Source: Selaginella moellendorffii (taxonomy: Eukaryota > Plantae > Lycopodiophyta). Taken from it: DNA of 64,000 nt. The notes beneath the pieces were generated by a model, which had not been told where the DNA came from, did no database searches, and saw only the letters and a program-made list of their open reading frames with translations. Of this stretch, positions 10,595 through 23,237 are shown in pieces (position 1 is the first letter of the stretch; every line of letters starts with the position of its first letter). A program made the position numbers and the translations under genes. The stretch lies in contig NW_003314268.1 of NCBI RefSeq assembly GCF_000143415.4, positions 537,120 to 601,119 of the forward strand, given 5' to 3'.

Positions 10595-13500
10595 ATGGTA
10601 AGTCTTTTAGGCCAAGTAGAAAATGGCATGAGGCCACATGCCATTCAGTAGCAACATTGGCATGCACCGATTGGGCTCTCGAGTGCAGTCCGGTTATAGA
10701 TGGCGTGTAGCCTCACGCCATCTTAGGATGCAGCCTCAAGACATCTGATGCAGTGGTGAATGGCATGTGGCCTCACGTTATTTCCAGCTGCTAGCTTTTC
10801 ATCTGTCAGCTCTAATTGTTGTGCATTTCTGAACAGGCGAGGAATTGCGTTCTTCTTCCAGCCACTATCAATGTGGATGCAGAGAAGGGGGAGGAGCTCA
10901 CCAGTTGGACTTTCGGGATGGAAGGCGAGGATCTGAGGCTGTACAACACAGATGGTGGGAGAAAAGAATGCATGGGGATCCTCATCCAAGTGACAGACAC
11001 TCCATGCAGTTCCATGCAAGAATATGGACTGGCACTTGTGGTAGAGACAGCGTCCGCCTTCAAGATCCACCTTGCACATCCTAGCGGCTTCCCGGAGGGG
11101 GGCAGCAGCTATGAGGAATTCCTAGAGGGAGCTAGGGAGAGGTTGTCTAGGAGGCCCACAATTTCAAAGACGCTGCGGGTCTATGAAGATCACATGGAAT
11201 CCACGGACCTCACCTACGGCGATGTTCAAAAACTATATTCCAACATTGAGCCGTTGAGAGTGCCTCCAGTTCACGAAGCGAAGGGGAAGGGGGTCGATAT
11301 GGAAACTACCCCGAAGCAGAAAAGGGTGGTCAAGCTCAAGCTGACGTCCGACTCTCCTGCAGCTCCAAAAAAGAAGCTACTCGGTGATGCCATTGCCTCG
11401 GGTTCGAACACTACACCCACCAAAAAGAAGAGCCGCAAAGAGCAGAAAGAGCAAGAAGAGGCAGCAAAAATCGTCGCAGATAATAGTACTTGTTACTATT
11501 CCAACAAAGTATATACAATCGACGTGAGCCGTATCGAGATCCAAAGCAAATACAAACACAGGCTAGTATCTGATGAGTGGGTGGAGAAACTGAAGCAGAA
11601 GATGCTGGCAAGTCTAGTAACACCCGACATCGCAGACGTGATCCCCTACTACCGAACAATGAAGGGCGAGACGAGGTTTCCAGACTTGATCAATAGGAAG
11701 GTGTTGGACGATCAGAACATCCGGTTCTACGCCGTCTCCGGGCAGCATTCTAGCTTGGCGATGCAAGAGATAGTTGTGGATATTATGGTGGGCGAGGAGG
11801 TGAAGAAAGTCTTCAAGACAAGAGTTGTCCGCCTGATAAAAGGCAACTCGCCCCTCCGATCTATCATATCCATCTCCCACGCACAGAATGTCAAGCAAGA
11901 AACGTGCTACAAATCGGGTCTGCACGAGACATTGGCATGAACACGGAAGCTCTGGGTTCAACTGAAGAAGCCACAAAAACCAGGACAAGGACATGCACTA
12001 GCAACTAGCGCCTGGCAGGTAAGCCTTGTTGCATGTGGCATAGCATGTGGCCTCACGCCATTTCCATTGCAGGAATTTTCGGGTCTTCTCTCGAAAACAC
12101 TGGGGGTCAATGACACACTCAGCATCCATAACATTCTACTCGCAACAAAAGTTGTTTTTGACAAATGGGTAGATGTGCTGAGGAGGTACCATGACGGGGA
12201 GTTGCTAAACTCAATGGGTGTGGAGGACGGTCGGAAGCCCAATGATTTGAAGCTCAACGCCTTGCGTTTCTCGCGGTCTCTAGACGACGACAACCTTCTG
12301 ACAGTGGCTAATGCTCTTCTACGTGGTGAGGTAGTCTTCAACAAGACCAAAATGACTCCCGGCCATATTGTGACATACGAGGACTTGTGCACGACTCTGA
12401 GAGCTCGTGCGCTATTGAAGGATTGGATCTTCGAACAAGTGGCCGTGGAGAGGGTGAGCATCGACACCACACAAGAGATGATGGAAGAGCTGGAGCTGTC
12501 AAATGAAGACATCGACGACTACGTGAAAGGGGCCCCCAAGTTCATCGATCTGCTGCGGGATGCCACGGAAAGTAAAGCTGAGAAGTTGGATCAGTATCCA
12601 AATTTCATTAAGAGGGATGTCGACCGCCGGCTTCAGAAACAGCTCGACCCCGCAGCAGAGGCCTATCGAGAACCTTACTAGGTATACATGAATTCGGATG
12701 AGGATCAAAGGTGGAGGAGCATCGTTTCCCGCGGAGATGAGCAGGTCAAGAACATCTTTTGTGTGATGGACTTCACAAACGAGGAGATCACTCATGCAGA
12801 CGAAGTCAGCTCCATCATTGACTTAATGGTGGGACTTGCGGAGGTGGAATCTTCAGTCCACTATATGATCTACGACTCCGAATCCTATCACAAGTTCTGG
12901 AAGGCCTTGAACGAGGTGAAGGCTCGGTTGAAAGGCAAGGAGATGCAAGAGATCCATGGGATAATGGCTAAGAAGAAGATACCGACGAATGTCCGCATCT
13001 TCACACTCGCCCTTGTTATTGGTCCTGCAGCAGAGTGGGACTGGAGTGACTTCCCAGCTTCATTCGTGTCGCGCATGTGACTTCGGGTATCGAAAGTTAC
13101 CTGTCGACTAGTCCTTACGGACACTCTTACCTTACTGCCACGATGGCAGGAGGTCGGTATTGCTGGGCCTGTTATCAGTCTCCGCCTAAGCTAGTTGAGA
13201 AACTGGTCTTCGCGTGTGCACTTGACCAGATGGGCATAAGGACGGAATTCCTACGTGCTATTTGTCAAGCATACTTGACCTGGTTAGAGAAACTCATTCG
13301 TTGACTTGCACTTGCTAGTGTTGGGAACCCCCGTGATATTGAGCTTGGTCCCTCAATATTGCTAGATGATAGCTTACCGTGTCTGCCAAACACCCTCGCT
13401 ATCATGCCCTTTGTGTTGGTCTCATTTCGGTCCCAAATGCTATTTATGGGAAGTGTCCAGATTTGCTCATTTGGCATATCTACGGAATGTAGAGATCGTC

Positions 13501-16500
13501 CTGAACACAATGGTGTTCGTCCCATGTCCAAATTCGCAATCTAGGGACATTCCATATTTAGTAAGTTTCGAGCTTGTCCCAGAGACTAACTCCTGATACT
13601 AAGGGAGGCTTGGGGTGAAAGCCCAAAGCATGTGTTCCTCAAGGGGGGGGGGGCTATAGGGGGTTCCAAATGTATAGTAGGGATAGTGGGTAGGTCGGGC
13701 ATGGCCGACCAACCTGAGGCATAGTCTAGCTCCCGCTTGCGTGCCTGTCTTTGTTCTGCGTCCGGCTTGGGTCTAAGCCCAAGTTCCATTCCATGCTAGT
13801 TGGTGGAGTACCCATGTCCTCGCGTTAGGCCACCGGTATGCTGAAATAGCGCCAGACTCCGTTTGGCTCCGTTTTGCGTGCTGGTCCTGGCATTGGGATG
13901 CTGGTTACTCTAGGACTGTTCCAAGTCGCTCCGGGCTCCTGTCCCTTCGCTCCTTGGGCTTCATGCTTGGGAGTGGCTCCGTGGTTCGGTTCCGTCACTC
14001 CTTGGCTCCATGTTTGGGAGTTTGGCACCGTTCCTTCGTTCAGTGGCCCAAGGCCCTGAACCTCGGGTTCCTGTGGACACGTGGCATGGACACGTGGCAT
14101 CTGTCACGTGGCACAAGGAGGGTTTAGGTTCCGCTTCGTGGTGTTATCCTATGGTAAATCACCATAGGATAAAGGGTCAAAACCACGTGCGCTACATTTG
14201 GTATCAGAGGATGAGTCTCAGCGAGTACTATTCAATGAGATTGGGCAACTAGTCTCGTTGCATACGCAGAGATGAAAACGATGATCCGAGTGGGTACACG
14301 TTTGGTGCAAAGGGTTCGCAATTGTTCCTTGGGTATGGATTTGGTTACCTTTTGTACCTAATAATGTGAGCTTGCTCTTGGGCTCATAGGATGGATTTGA
14401 GATGCTCCGTTAGCACGAGTTTACGCTTGGGCTCGTGAGTGAAGCACATTAGCAACTCGAGATTAAACTTTGGGTTGGCAGGATTAATGTTAGGCTATCA
14501 GTGGTTCCATGAGTTGTTCCGTGTACCGTTGGTAAAAGCAAACCTTCCCTGAGTTTGCTATGAGTGGCAAATAGGTTGGTCCGTAGCTGTTTAGCACGGC
14601 ACTAGTAGATCCTTCCTAGGCATGATTACAAGTGGATCAATCAAGACTGTAGGGATTAGTCTTTTGATTCAAGTAATCATTGCCGTGCTCTCTCATAAAC
14701 TTTTCTTGGATTGGACTGAAAGCAGTGCGAACGCAAGTTTGAGGTTTAGTCAAAGATGAGACCGAAAAGAGAGTTATCAGGGACGAAGGATCAAACACGT
14801 AAATCATCTTTTCTTCTTGGAGAGATGATTTGCAACGAGGTGTGACTCATTGCTCGTGTTCACATTATGCAATCAAGAGTCCCTATCTTAATGCATGTTG
14901 GAAATGATAGTCTTACAAATGGTGAGTTGTGGGATGGATAGCGGTGAAGCACTAAACCATTTTGTCTAGGCTTGCTATGGGAAGACTTGGGTTGCAATGC
15001 TCAATTCTTTTTCGGGGAACCTAGCTATTGCTCCTTGAGTAGCTTGGTGTTGGGTTAAGTTTTGAGTTTGATCGGATAGCGAGTGGTATGGGCTTGTCTG
15101 TGTTGTGAACAAAAGTTAGTGGTGTTGGGTGTTATAGATCTCTATCGGTAGAGTGTGGCATTTATGTTGCATTTTGTCGAATCGAGTTGACACTTGATAC
15201 TCACATAAACCTTTGAAGTAATGACATTGGCATTGCTCGTGGTGTTGCTCAATTGGTGATCAAGTCATTGTGATTTCTATATCATATCCATGTGATAATG
15301 AACAATGTGTTTACGAAGTTGCTTGGGTAAACGATGATCAACCCCAAAGTGGTTGATGGTGAAGCTAGTCTACTTGCACGAAGTAGCATTGTAGTAGCTT
15401 TGACTGGATTCTCAATGGTGGTCCATTATGCTAAGCTTGTTTCCTTGAGAGTTGCCCATAACGTGTTGGAAGAAGGTTATAGCATTCATTTGCTATAGCT
15501 CATCAGTTGATCCGTTAGCACTTGGAGTAGATTGCTGGATGGAGAAAGTGTGTAGTTGAAACATTGACATTGCTAACACTTGTGTTAGTGGAAGTGACAT
15601 TGTTGTTTCAAGTGATGAGGATTTTCCTTAGAGCTTGATTTTCCATGTCATTTTTCTTGTTAGTGTTTTAGCTTCACATTGGATCTTGAAGGTGGTTGAA
15701 GAAGAGTGTTAGTGCAATGTGGATATCCAAAGATGTGGTCTTCGTGATCAAGCCTTGGATGTTCCATTTGCATTTTATGGATGTCGGTGTTAGATGTCGA
15801 AAGTATGGGCAAAAAGAGATGTTCGATGCTTAAGCATACTATGGGTCATGAGAATTTGTGTTGAAGTGAACCTATGTGAAGTTGTTAGTAGGAGGAAGTT
15901 GGTTGAGTCTTGAAAGTTTGCATTCTTGGACTGAGAGTTATTCTTTCTCTAGGATTGGAAGATTTTCCACAAATTTTCTTAGACTTTTCTAATGGCTAAT
16001 CTGTTATCACTTTGCTCGAAAATCATTCCGTTTTCATAAGCCAATACAAACTAGTGAAGGGGTTGGAGTTGACTTCGGTTAGCTTAGACCTTAGTAGATA
16101 GTTTGTATGATGCAGCCCAAAAGGGATGCTAACTTTTGGGGCTAAGGCAATTGAATTGGATAGAGTCTGGAGTTAGTGTAGAAAAGTGGCCGTTGCGCTT
16201 TTCTAAGAAAAGTGACTTTTGTGCCTTTCTTCTGTAGCGTTATGCTTAGTGGCAAATTGCACTTGGCAATTTGTTAGACTCTATGAGAGTAGTGAGCTCT
16301 CACTGATCTTGACTTGGACTTGGTGGTCCTGCGCCTTGGCTGAGGATAGTGATGTCCAACTTAGTTGTTTGAGTTTGAGATGTTAGTACCCGTACTATAG
16401 CTTTGTTTATAAGGAGGTTGTGTATTGATATGGATCCATCATATGGTCTTCACTTTAGTTTCGACTGAGTGTTGATTATGCATAGCTAGCCTCTTCAAGG

Positions 16501-19500
16501 CATGCTCAGAGCTAGTGACTAAATGCATTGGTGAGCTTATCGCGGTTGAGTTGGATTTGAGTGGTCATTTAGTTCGTGCTTGTCTATGAAACTTTATCTC
16601 GTACCTGAGGTATCACGTTCATGTTGGACAAGTGTATGACTAAATGACGTGAGTTTAGTGTTTCGATCTCGTGAAAGCAAGTTGAAAAAGTGATGGTTAG
16701 TTGCTTTGCGACTAATGATTGCTTGTAGACTTCATCGAGGATTGTTTAACACTTGCTTCGCTCGATGAAGATTTAGCACTGATGGGTTTGCTTTACCGGA
16801 TGGTGTTGCGGAGGATCGTATCGTTAGACTTACATGAGTTTACCATGTTGGTATGTTGATTCTACCTCTGTCGATATCAATTGGTTGCGTTTAGTTCATA
16901 GTGTTGGATTTCATGGAGTCTTGGACATGGTGATTCACTCCTTGAGGAAGTGTTATCTATAACTGAGTTTTGCTAAAGGATTGGTCTCGGTTACTAACTA
17001 AAGTATCTTCGACCTTGGTTAGCTTAGTTGCTAGAGAGCTTTGAGTGGTGATTCACTCGTGCTTTCTTCTAGCTTTGTTCTAGTGTTGATGGTATTGAAG
17101 TGATGCCTTATCGTTGACATTGTTGATGTTGAAATTTTAGTGAAATGAGATGTCTCTCTGCAAGATTGATGTCGAGCTTCATTAGTTTTGATAAAGATAG
17201 TGTTGATGATTTGGCTATGGCTTTGTGTTATTAGCATTCGTGCATTTGCTAGTTAGCAACTGTGTTGACGTTCAAATGAACTGAGTGACAAGTTTGAGTT
17301 AGTTGTGTTCTAGACGAGATTATTTAGTAAGGGTTAAGCTTTGGCTTTTCCTTGAAAAGTGATTTAGTCATGGACTATGCTAACTCTACAAGATGAAGAG
17401 TTAGTGATTGATATTGAAGATGTTAGTCCCTTGTTGGGTTTGCATTGGGATATATCAATCATTGATGATTCTTTTTGTGCTTATTATGAAGTGAGCTACG
17501 TCTTGCTATGGATGGATTCATGGAGGATCGTTTGGTGATCACTTGTCTAACATAGCTTCGTTATGTTTAGCTTTTGGATTGATGCAGACATGCTCTTCAT
17601 TAGCTTTGCATTATGAAGTTTAGCTTATGGATGTGTTGAGGAGGATATTGTGGGTTGTACCATGATTTCTTTTTTAGCATTGAATTTAGTTCATGCGAGA
17701 CTCGTGATCATTGTTAGGCAAAAACTTCGCTATAGACTTCTTCGAGCTTTTGGTTCCTTGAGTTTTCATGCTTGTGGTCCATTTGTTTGAAGTTGTTAGG
17801 GAAGGCATTTTTGGCTCTTTAGCTTCAATGTTGAAGTTAGTATTTGCATATGGCAATCATTGGTGATGATTAACTATCATCTAGGATAGTTGATTATCCT
17901 TATCAAAAAGGCTTTGCTTGATTATTGTTGATATAGAATGATTTGCCATTCTTTGAGATGGTGGATTCTTTCTTCGATGATGATTATGCATTTCTCTATT
18001 GATAGGATGATTGATGATCTTTTATGGTAGTTAGTTGTTCTCTTTGATGGCTTGTGGCTTTTCGCAAAATCACATGTTCTTTGTGATTTGCTCTGGATTG
18101 GTTTCTTAGGTTTGAGACATCAGTAGGATGTTGCTGACACTTGCTTCGGCAACTTGAGTTCCTTGGTATTGTTGGCTGGGATCTATTCAGATTAGCTTTT
18201 GTGATAGTTGGCAGGAATGAGTGTTTGTTGGTCTTACCACATTCATTTTCTTCTATTGATTGTTGCTCAAGTTAGTTTTGATAGATTTGGATGTTATTTC
18301 CTTTGGGTGATACATTCGTGAGCATTTTGCTTATCAGTCAATGATACTTTGTGTTCTTTGAGTTGTCTTTCGTAAGTTGTTTGGTATTTTATCTGCAATC
18401 TTTGATAGTTACGTTTGGTCATTGAGTTTTCTTGATAATACACTTGCTATTGAATTTTGTTGGATGGTCATTCCTATGTTTACCAATTTTGATGATCTTG
18501 GTGGTTCCTATCTACTATAATACTGGTTTATCAGATGATAACTTACTTGGAATACTTTTGTGTTCTAATCAACTTCGGGTATCGAAAGTTACCTGTCGAC
18601 TAGTCCTTACGGACACTCTTACCTTACTGCCACGATGGCAGGAGGTCGGTATTGCTGGGCCTGTTATCAGTCTCCGCCTAAGCTAGTTGAGAAACTGGTC
18701 TTCGCGTGTGCACTTGACCAGATGGGCATAAGGACGGAATTCCTACGTGCTATTTGTCAAGCATACTTGACCTGGTTAGAGAAACTCATTCGTTGACTTG
18801 CACTTGCTAGTGTTGGGAACCCCCGTGATATTGAGCTTGGTCCCTCAATATTGCTAGATGATAGCTTACCGTGTCTGCCAAACACCCTCGCTATCATGCC
18901 CTTTGTGTTGGTCTCATTTCGGTCCCAAATGCTATTTATGGGAAGTGTCCAGATTTGCTCATTTGGCATATCTACGGAATGTAGAGATCGTCCTGAACAC
19001 AATGGTGTTCGTCCCATGTCCAAATTCGCAATCTAGGGACATTCCATATTTAGTAAGTTTCGAGCTTGTCCCAGAGACTAACTCCTGATACTAAGGGAGG
19101 CTTGGGGTGAAAGCCCAAAGCGTGTGTTCCTCAAGGGGGGGGGGGCTATAGGGGGTTCCAAATGTATAGTAGGGATAGTGGGTAGGTCGGGCATGGCCGA
19201 CCAACCTGAGGCATAGTCTAGCTCCCGCTTGCGTGCCTGTCCTTGTTCTGCGTCCGGCTTGGGTCTAAGCCCAAGTTCCATTCCATGCTAGTTGGTGGAG
19301 TACCCATGTCCTCGCGTTAGGCCACCGGTATGCTGAAATAGCGCCAGACTCCGTTTGGCTCCGTTTTGCGTGCTGGTCCTGGCATTGGGATGCTGGTTAC
19401 TCTAGGACTGTTCCAAGTCGCTCCGGGCTCCTGTCCGTTCGCTCCTTGGGCTTCATGCTTGGGAGTGGCTCCGTGGTTCGGTTCCGTCACTCCTTGGCTC

Positions 19501-21083
19501 CATGTTTGGGAGTTTGGCACCGTTCCTTCGTTCAGTGGCCCAAGGCCCTGAACCTCGGGTTCCCGTGGACACGTGGCATGGACACGTGGCATGTGACACG
19601 TGGCATCTGTCACGTGGCACAAGGAGGGTTTAGGTTCCGCTTCGTGGTGTTATCCTATGGTAAATCACCATAGGATAAAGGGTCAAAACCACATGCGCTA
19701 CAATTCGACAAGGCCGATCGAATTGATCTGAGGGAGGTCAATTTACCCGTGCCTGAGGAACTGAAGACGGCTATGGAGCTTTCGAATCCAGAGAAAGCTC
19801 CAGGTGCAGCATGGGAAATGCTCAGCTGGGTCTTCAACGCAATAGCACCTGCTTCTGACTCCAAGGGCAAATGCGTTGTCGAGTACAACTGCAGCGGACT
19901 ATTCTTTCGAGCCGCACTACTCAAGGGTGTCCCGTGTGTTGCGGTGACAAACTCCATTGAAGAGGTGACTTCAATGAAGCATATAATTACAGTTGCCAAA
20001 GAAAAACAGTATCTTCTCTGCGAACCTGGTGAGTACGCACTTTAAGTTTAAATGTTATCTCACAAGCTCTGTATGCAGGAGCGTGGCCACCGCCAGATGC
20101 TGAAACAGCGTTAACAGCTACTATTGGGCCGAGCTCACAACCTGCACAAGGTAAGGTCACGTGAGGCCTCACGCCATTTTGATTATAGATCGTTGTGAAT
20201 ATTCAGACACGAGGACTGAAAAGCGCACTGGTGGCGCGTCGAAGAAGGACAAACAGACAAGCAATAGGAAAAAAGGAGGTACAAATTATATTTGCAATGG
20301 CGTGTGGTCTCATGCCATTCCTTGCAGGAGACACTTCTTCAAATGCAAAACAGGCAAGCACCAGCCAAGCTCAAACTGACAGTGGTCATAAAAAGCGAAA
20401 GCACGTTGGACAGTCGTCGGGATCAAAGGCGTTTGATTCGAAAAGGAAGAAGGGCAATGAAAAGATGATATGTAATACCTCGCGGTCACCACCTCCTGAC
20501 TCAAATTCCTATGGCGGACTCCCCTTCCCCAATCTCAATGGAGAGGTACAATGGATGAGGGATGCTTTTCAAGTCAGGGCCACGTTTTTCTCATCTCGTC
20601 GTCTTCAAAGGGTGCAAGAACGTGCAGAAACCATGTTAAGACAGTCGGGTGAGGATACGGTCCTAGGTCACGCACTAAAACAGGCTATGGATGTCTTGTA
20701 TTTTGAGATGGAGACTCGACCAGATGATTTTCCCAAGATGGTCCTGGAAGAACAAGCCATCCAGCCTGAGCAGCCTATGGAAGAAATGCAGGAGGGGGAT
20801 GAGGAGCCAGAGAAAGATAATGAGCAGGAAGAGTAGAAGGACGAAGAGGAGGACAAAGAAGAGGAGGACGAAGAAGAGGAGGACGAAGAGGACTTGGATG
20901 GTCCTCACAATGGTGACGATCACAATAACAACGACGACGATGATGACGACGATGGCCAGCCTAAGGTGGCCAAAGAGCAGCGGAGGAAGGTCATACAAGA
21001 CAAACCATCAGGTAAATAATAGTACATCCATTCCTAACCTTTTACCATTTCTAACATTGTCCATGTAGGTTGCAAAGCAAATG
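10595..21083 (+). pseudogene. Transposon cargo gene, copy 1: ParB/Srx-like domain + degenerate beta-class DNA-MTase-like domain + acidic/basic tail (multi-exon, ~1100 aa)
   Basis: ATG 10595-97 followed by frame-preserving GT-AG introns 10598-10836, 12019-12072, 20029-20078, 20151-20206, 20279-20327 and 21012-21068. ParB-like stretch IDVSRIE...HRLVSDEWVEKLKQKM...FYAVSGQHSSLAM...ISHAQN. MTase-like stretch NIFCVMDF...NPEK...KGKCVVEYNCSGLFFRAALLKGVPCVAV. Disrupted by stops at 11938, 12679 and 20834 (sense codons in copy 2) and by the LTR insertion. Confidence 0.7.
13067..19702 (+). mobile_element. Non-autonomous LTR retrotransposon (Copia-like family) inserted in the cargo gene
   Basis: TG...CA ends and 5-bp TSD ATTCG (13062-66 / 19703-07). 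Empty site in copy 2 at about 32310. LTRs 13067-14196 and 18572-19702 are near-identical. PBS TGGTATCAGAG at 14199. The 4.4-kb internal region has no long ORF. Confidence 0.92.
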
Positions 21084-21169
21084 GTAAGTAGAGATTATTC
21101 AGTTGAATTAAGATACAAACTCTAGCCTTTAGTGTCGAGGAAGGATAGTGCCAAGCAAGGTCGAAACGT

Positions 21170-22784
21170 ATGTCCAATCCTTCAGAATCAGCAGTGCGCC
21201 CAAGTGATATCGGTCCTAGTTCCTTAATAACAGTTGATGGTAAATACAGTATAGTCGATTCAATGTGCTAATGAGTTTGTTTTTAGTAGCCAGTAGGGAG
21301 GATACCATCTCAATCGAAGGGAGATATTTGGACATGCATATGGATCCGCCAGTGGACTCTACTTGCCTGCAAGAGTCATCAGAGCTGGTGGAGGCTACTA
21401 TCCATATCAATGCCAAGCAAGCTGACCACGCTCCACTTGATGCTGCCCATACCACTGAGTCAATCTTGTCCACGTATCCAACTGACGGTGACCAGGCGCC
21501 ATTGGACCCGCATGAGGCCGCCCCAGCCGCCGAGCCGGTCGTATCCTCATTTCCAACGGACTCAACGTGTGCCCAATCGTCTGACTACGCGCCGTTGGAA
21601 CCTCCCTACACCGCCCCTGCTGCCTGTTCAGTCATGTCCACTTTGCCAACGGAGGCACCAGCTGAAATGGCGTGTGATCACACGCCATCGGAACCACCCC
21701 ATGCCACTGTTGAGCCAGTTGTACCAGAGTCTACAGCTGAAATGGCATGTGCCCACACGCCATCGGATGCGATTGACCCCACATTGCAGAGGAGAGTATT
21801 TCCGCCCTTCACGTTTCCTCGACCAAAACCCTCTGAACGACCATCGGGAGCACCATTCGCTAATATTGTAGATGGTAAAATTGACTTGTACCATTTTTTA
21901 TGCTGACGCATTTCATTTCAGAGTCACGGCGAAAGTACTGTATCGTTTTTGATCTGAACGGTGTCCTTTTCTCCCATGAGCGTGGCTCGTCCTCGAATGT
22001 CACTGCACCCTCCAAAGCCTGCGGTCGCAAGTTGGTCAAAAGAGACAGATTCACATTAATCACACGGGAGAAACTACGGGATCTAATAATGACCATGCGA
22101 CACTTAAAACAGAGGGCCGGGTTCAATTTGCAATTGGGAGTTTGGACATCCATGATGCGCCACAATGCATTAACGTTGCTACAGATGATGCACGATCAGA
22201 CGCGAGTAATATTACCATTTAACTTTCTCCTAACGCAGGAGGATTGCTTGACTATGGTCCATGTGAGGGGTAGCAAGCCCATCTTCGTCAAGCCAGAGGC
22301 TGTAGTGATGAACCGGACTGCTAGGTCAAGTGAAATCCTCATCATCGATGACTCGCCGATTAAAACTGCAGCGAACACGCACACATATGCAGTGCACCCC
22401 ATCTCTTGCAGTATGGAAACTAGGGAGAAGAAACCGTATGTTCTGGGGGACCTTGCAAAACGGCTTGGAGCGATGGTGATAGAGAACCGGCCAGTCCAGG
22501 AGGTGGCTGCAGAAATCAACCAAATGGCAGATGGAACGGTATATCAGAAGCCATTTGATCGGACAGACACCAGTCATCATTTATGGCATGTATATTGTCT
22601 AGCCAAGCACTATCCGCATCTCCATAATCTGCTCAACCGGATGGGTTCTTCGACCACTGAATATGAGCGTGGACGTATTAGAGAAGAGATGGCATTACTA
22701 TTGGGTTTAAATCCTGATAGTGTGGAGAGTGATGAAATTCCAAGATTATTGTATAGGCGTTGGAGGCAAAAAATAACAGTTTGA
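21170..22784 (+). CDS. FCP1/NIF-family HAD phosphatase-like protein with Pro/Ala/Thr-rich N-terminal part (separate gene or 3' part of the cargo gene), copy 1
   Basis: HAD motif I CIVFDLNGVL, motif II LGVWTSMM, motif III K (IFVKP) and motif IV ILIIDDSPIK. In-phase introns at about 21240-21287 and 21874-21921 join the 213-aa and 294-aa ORFs. Open in both copies. Confidence 0.75.
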
Positions 22785-23207
22785 GATGGCATGTATTTAT
22801 TTAAAAATGTAACTTATTATGGCATGGGGTTCCATGCCATTGTATTAATATTAAAAGACAATTCTTTGAGAGGATTTGCATTATACTAGAAGTGTTACAA
22901 CATGTTACAACATGTTATTGGAAGTCTACGAAGTTGTTTTATTAATAAGGGGAAAGTAAATATTGAATGGGGACTTGGGCTCCACCTAGACTCGGAGCAA
23001 CTGAGCCAATATTAAAAGGATGGAAAGAAATTGGACAACGATGACAAGGAGAAGAGAGAGGTGAAGCAGTGGCAGGGGGAGGAGAAGTGATTGAGTAGAC
23101 ATTTCCTTGTTTAAAATAAAATGGTATGTGCCTCAATGCAGTTGAATTTTGTTATATTTATATACTATATAAAGGTTTGGAAACCTTATTTTACAAGTGG
23201 GATAATG

Positions 23208-23237
23208 ACAATTCCCACTTTAACGAAATAGAGCTTC
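23208..23237 (-). repeat. Right terminal inverted repeat (also 35800-35829)
   Basis: Reverse complement of the left end. An extra inverted AAGTGGGA at about 23195 makes a small subterminal hairpin (aagtggga-taatgacaat-tcccactt). Confidence 0.9.

Larger units (their letters stand above)
4671..23237. mobile_element. Large TIR DNA transposon, copy 1 (Sola-like, ~11.9 kb plus inserted LTR element)
   Basis: Left end (a)aagctctatttcgttaaagtgggattt and right end attcccactttaacgaaatagagcttc form a ~28-bp TIR. The element encodes a DDD transposase and is colinear with copy 2. No convincing TSD. Confidence 0.85.

Noticed and set aside
13077-14252. Short ORFs in the LTRs (also 18757-19673)
   Set aside because: Non-coding LTR sequence with no domains; not preserved in older copies.
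4898-23142. Palindromes as a CRISPR array or tRNA-like repeats
   Set aside because: Spacing is irregular (60 bp to several kb), they lie in introns and exons, there are no cas genes, and the context is eukaryotic.
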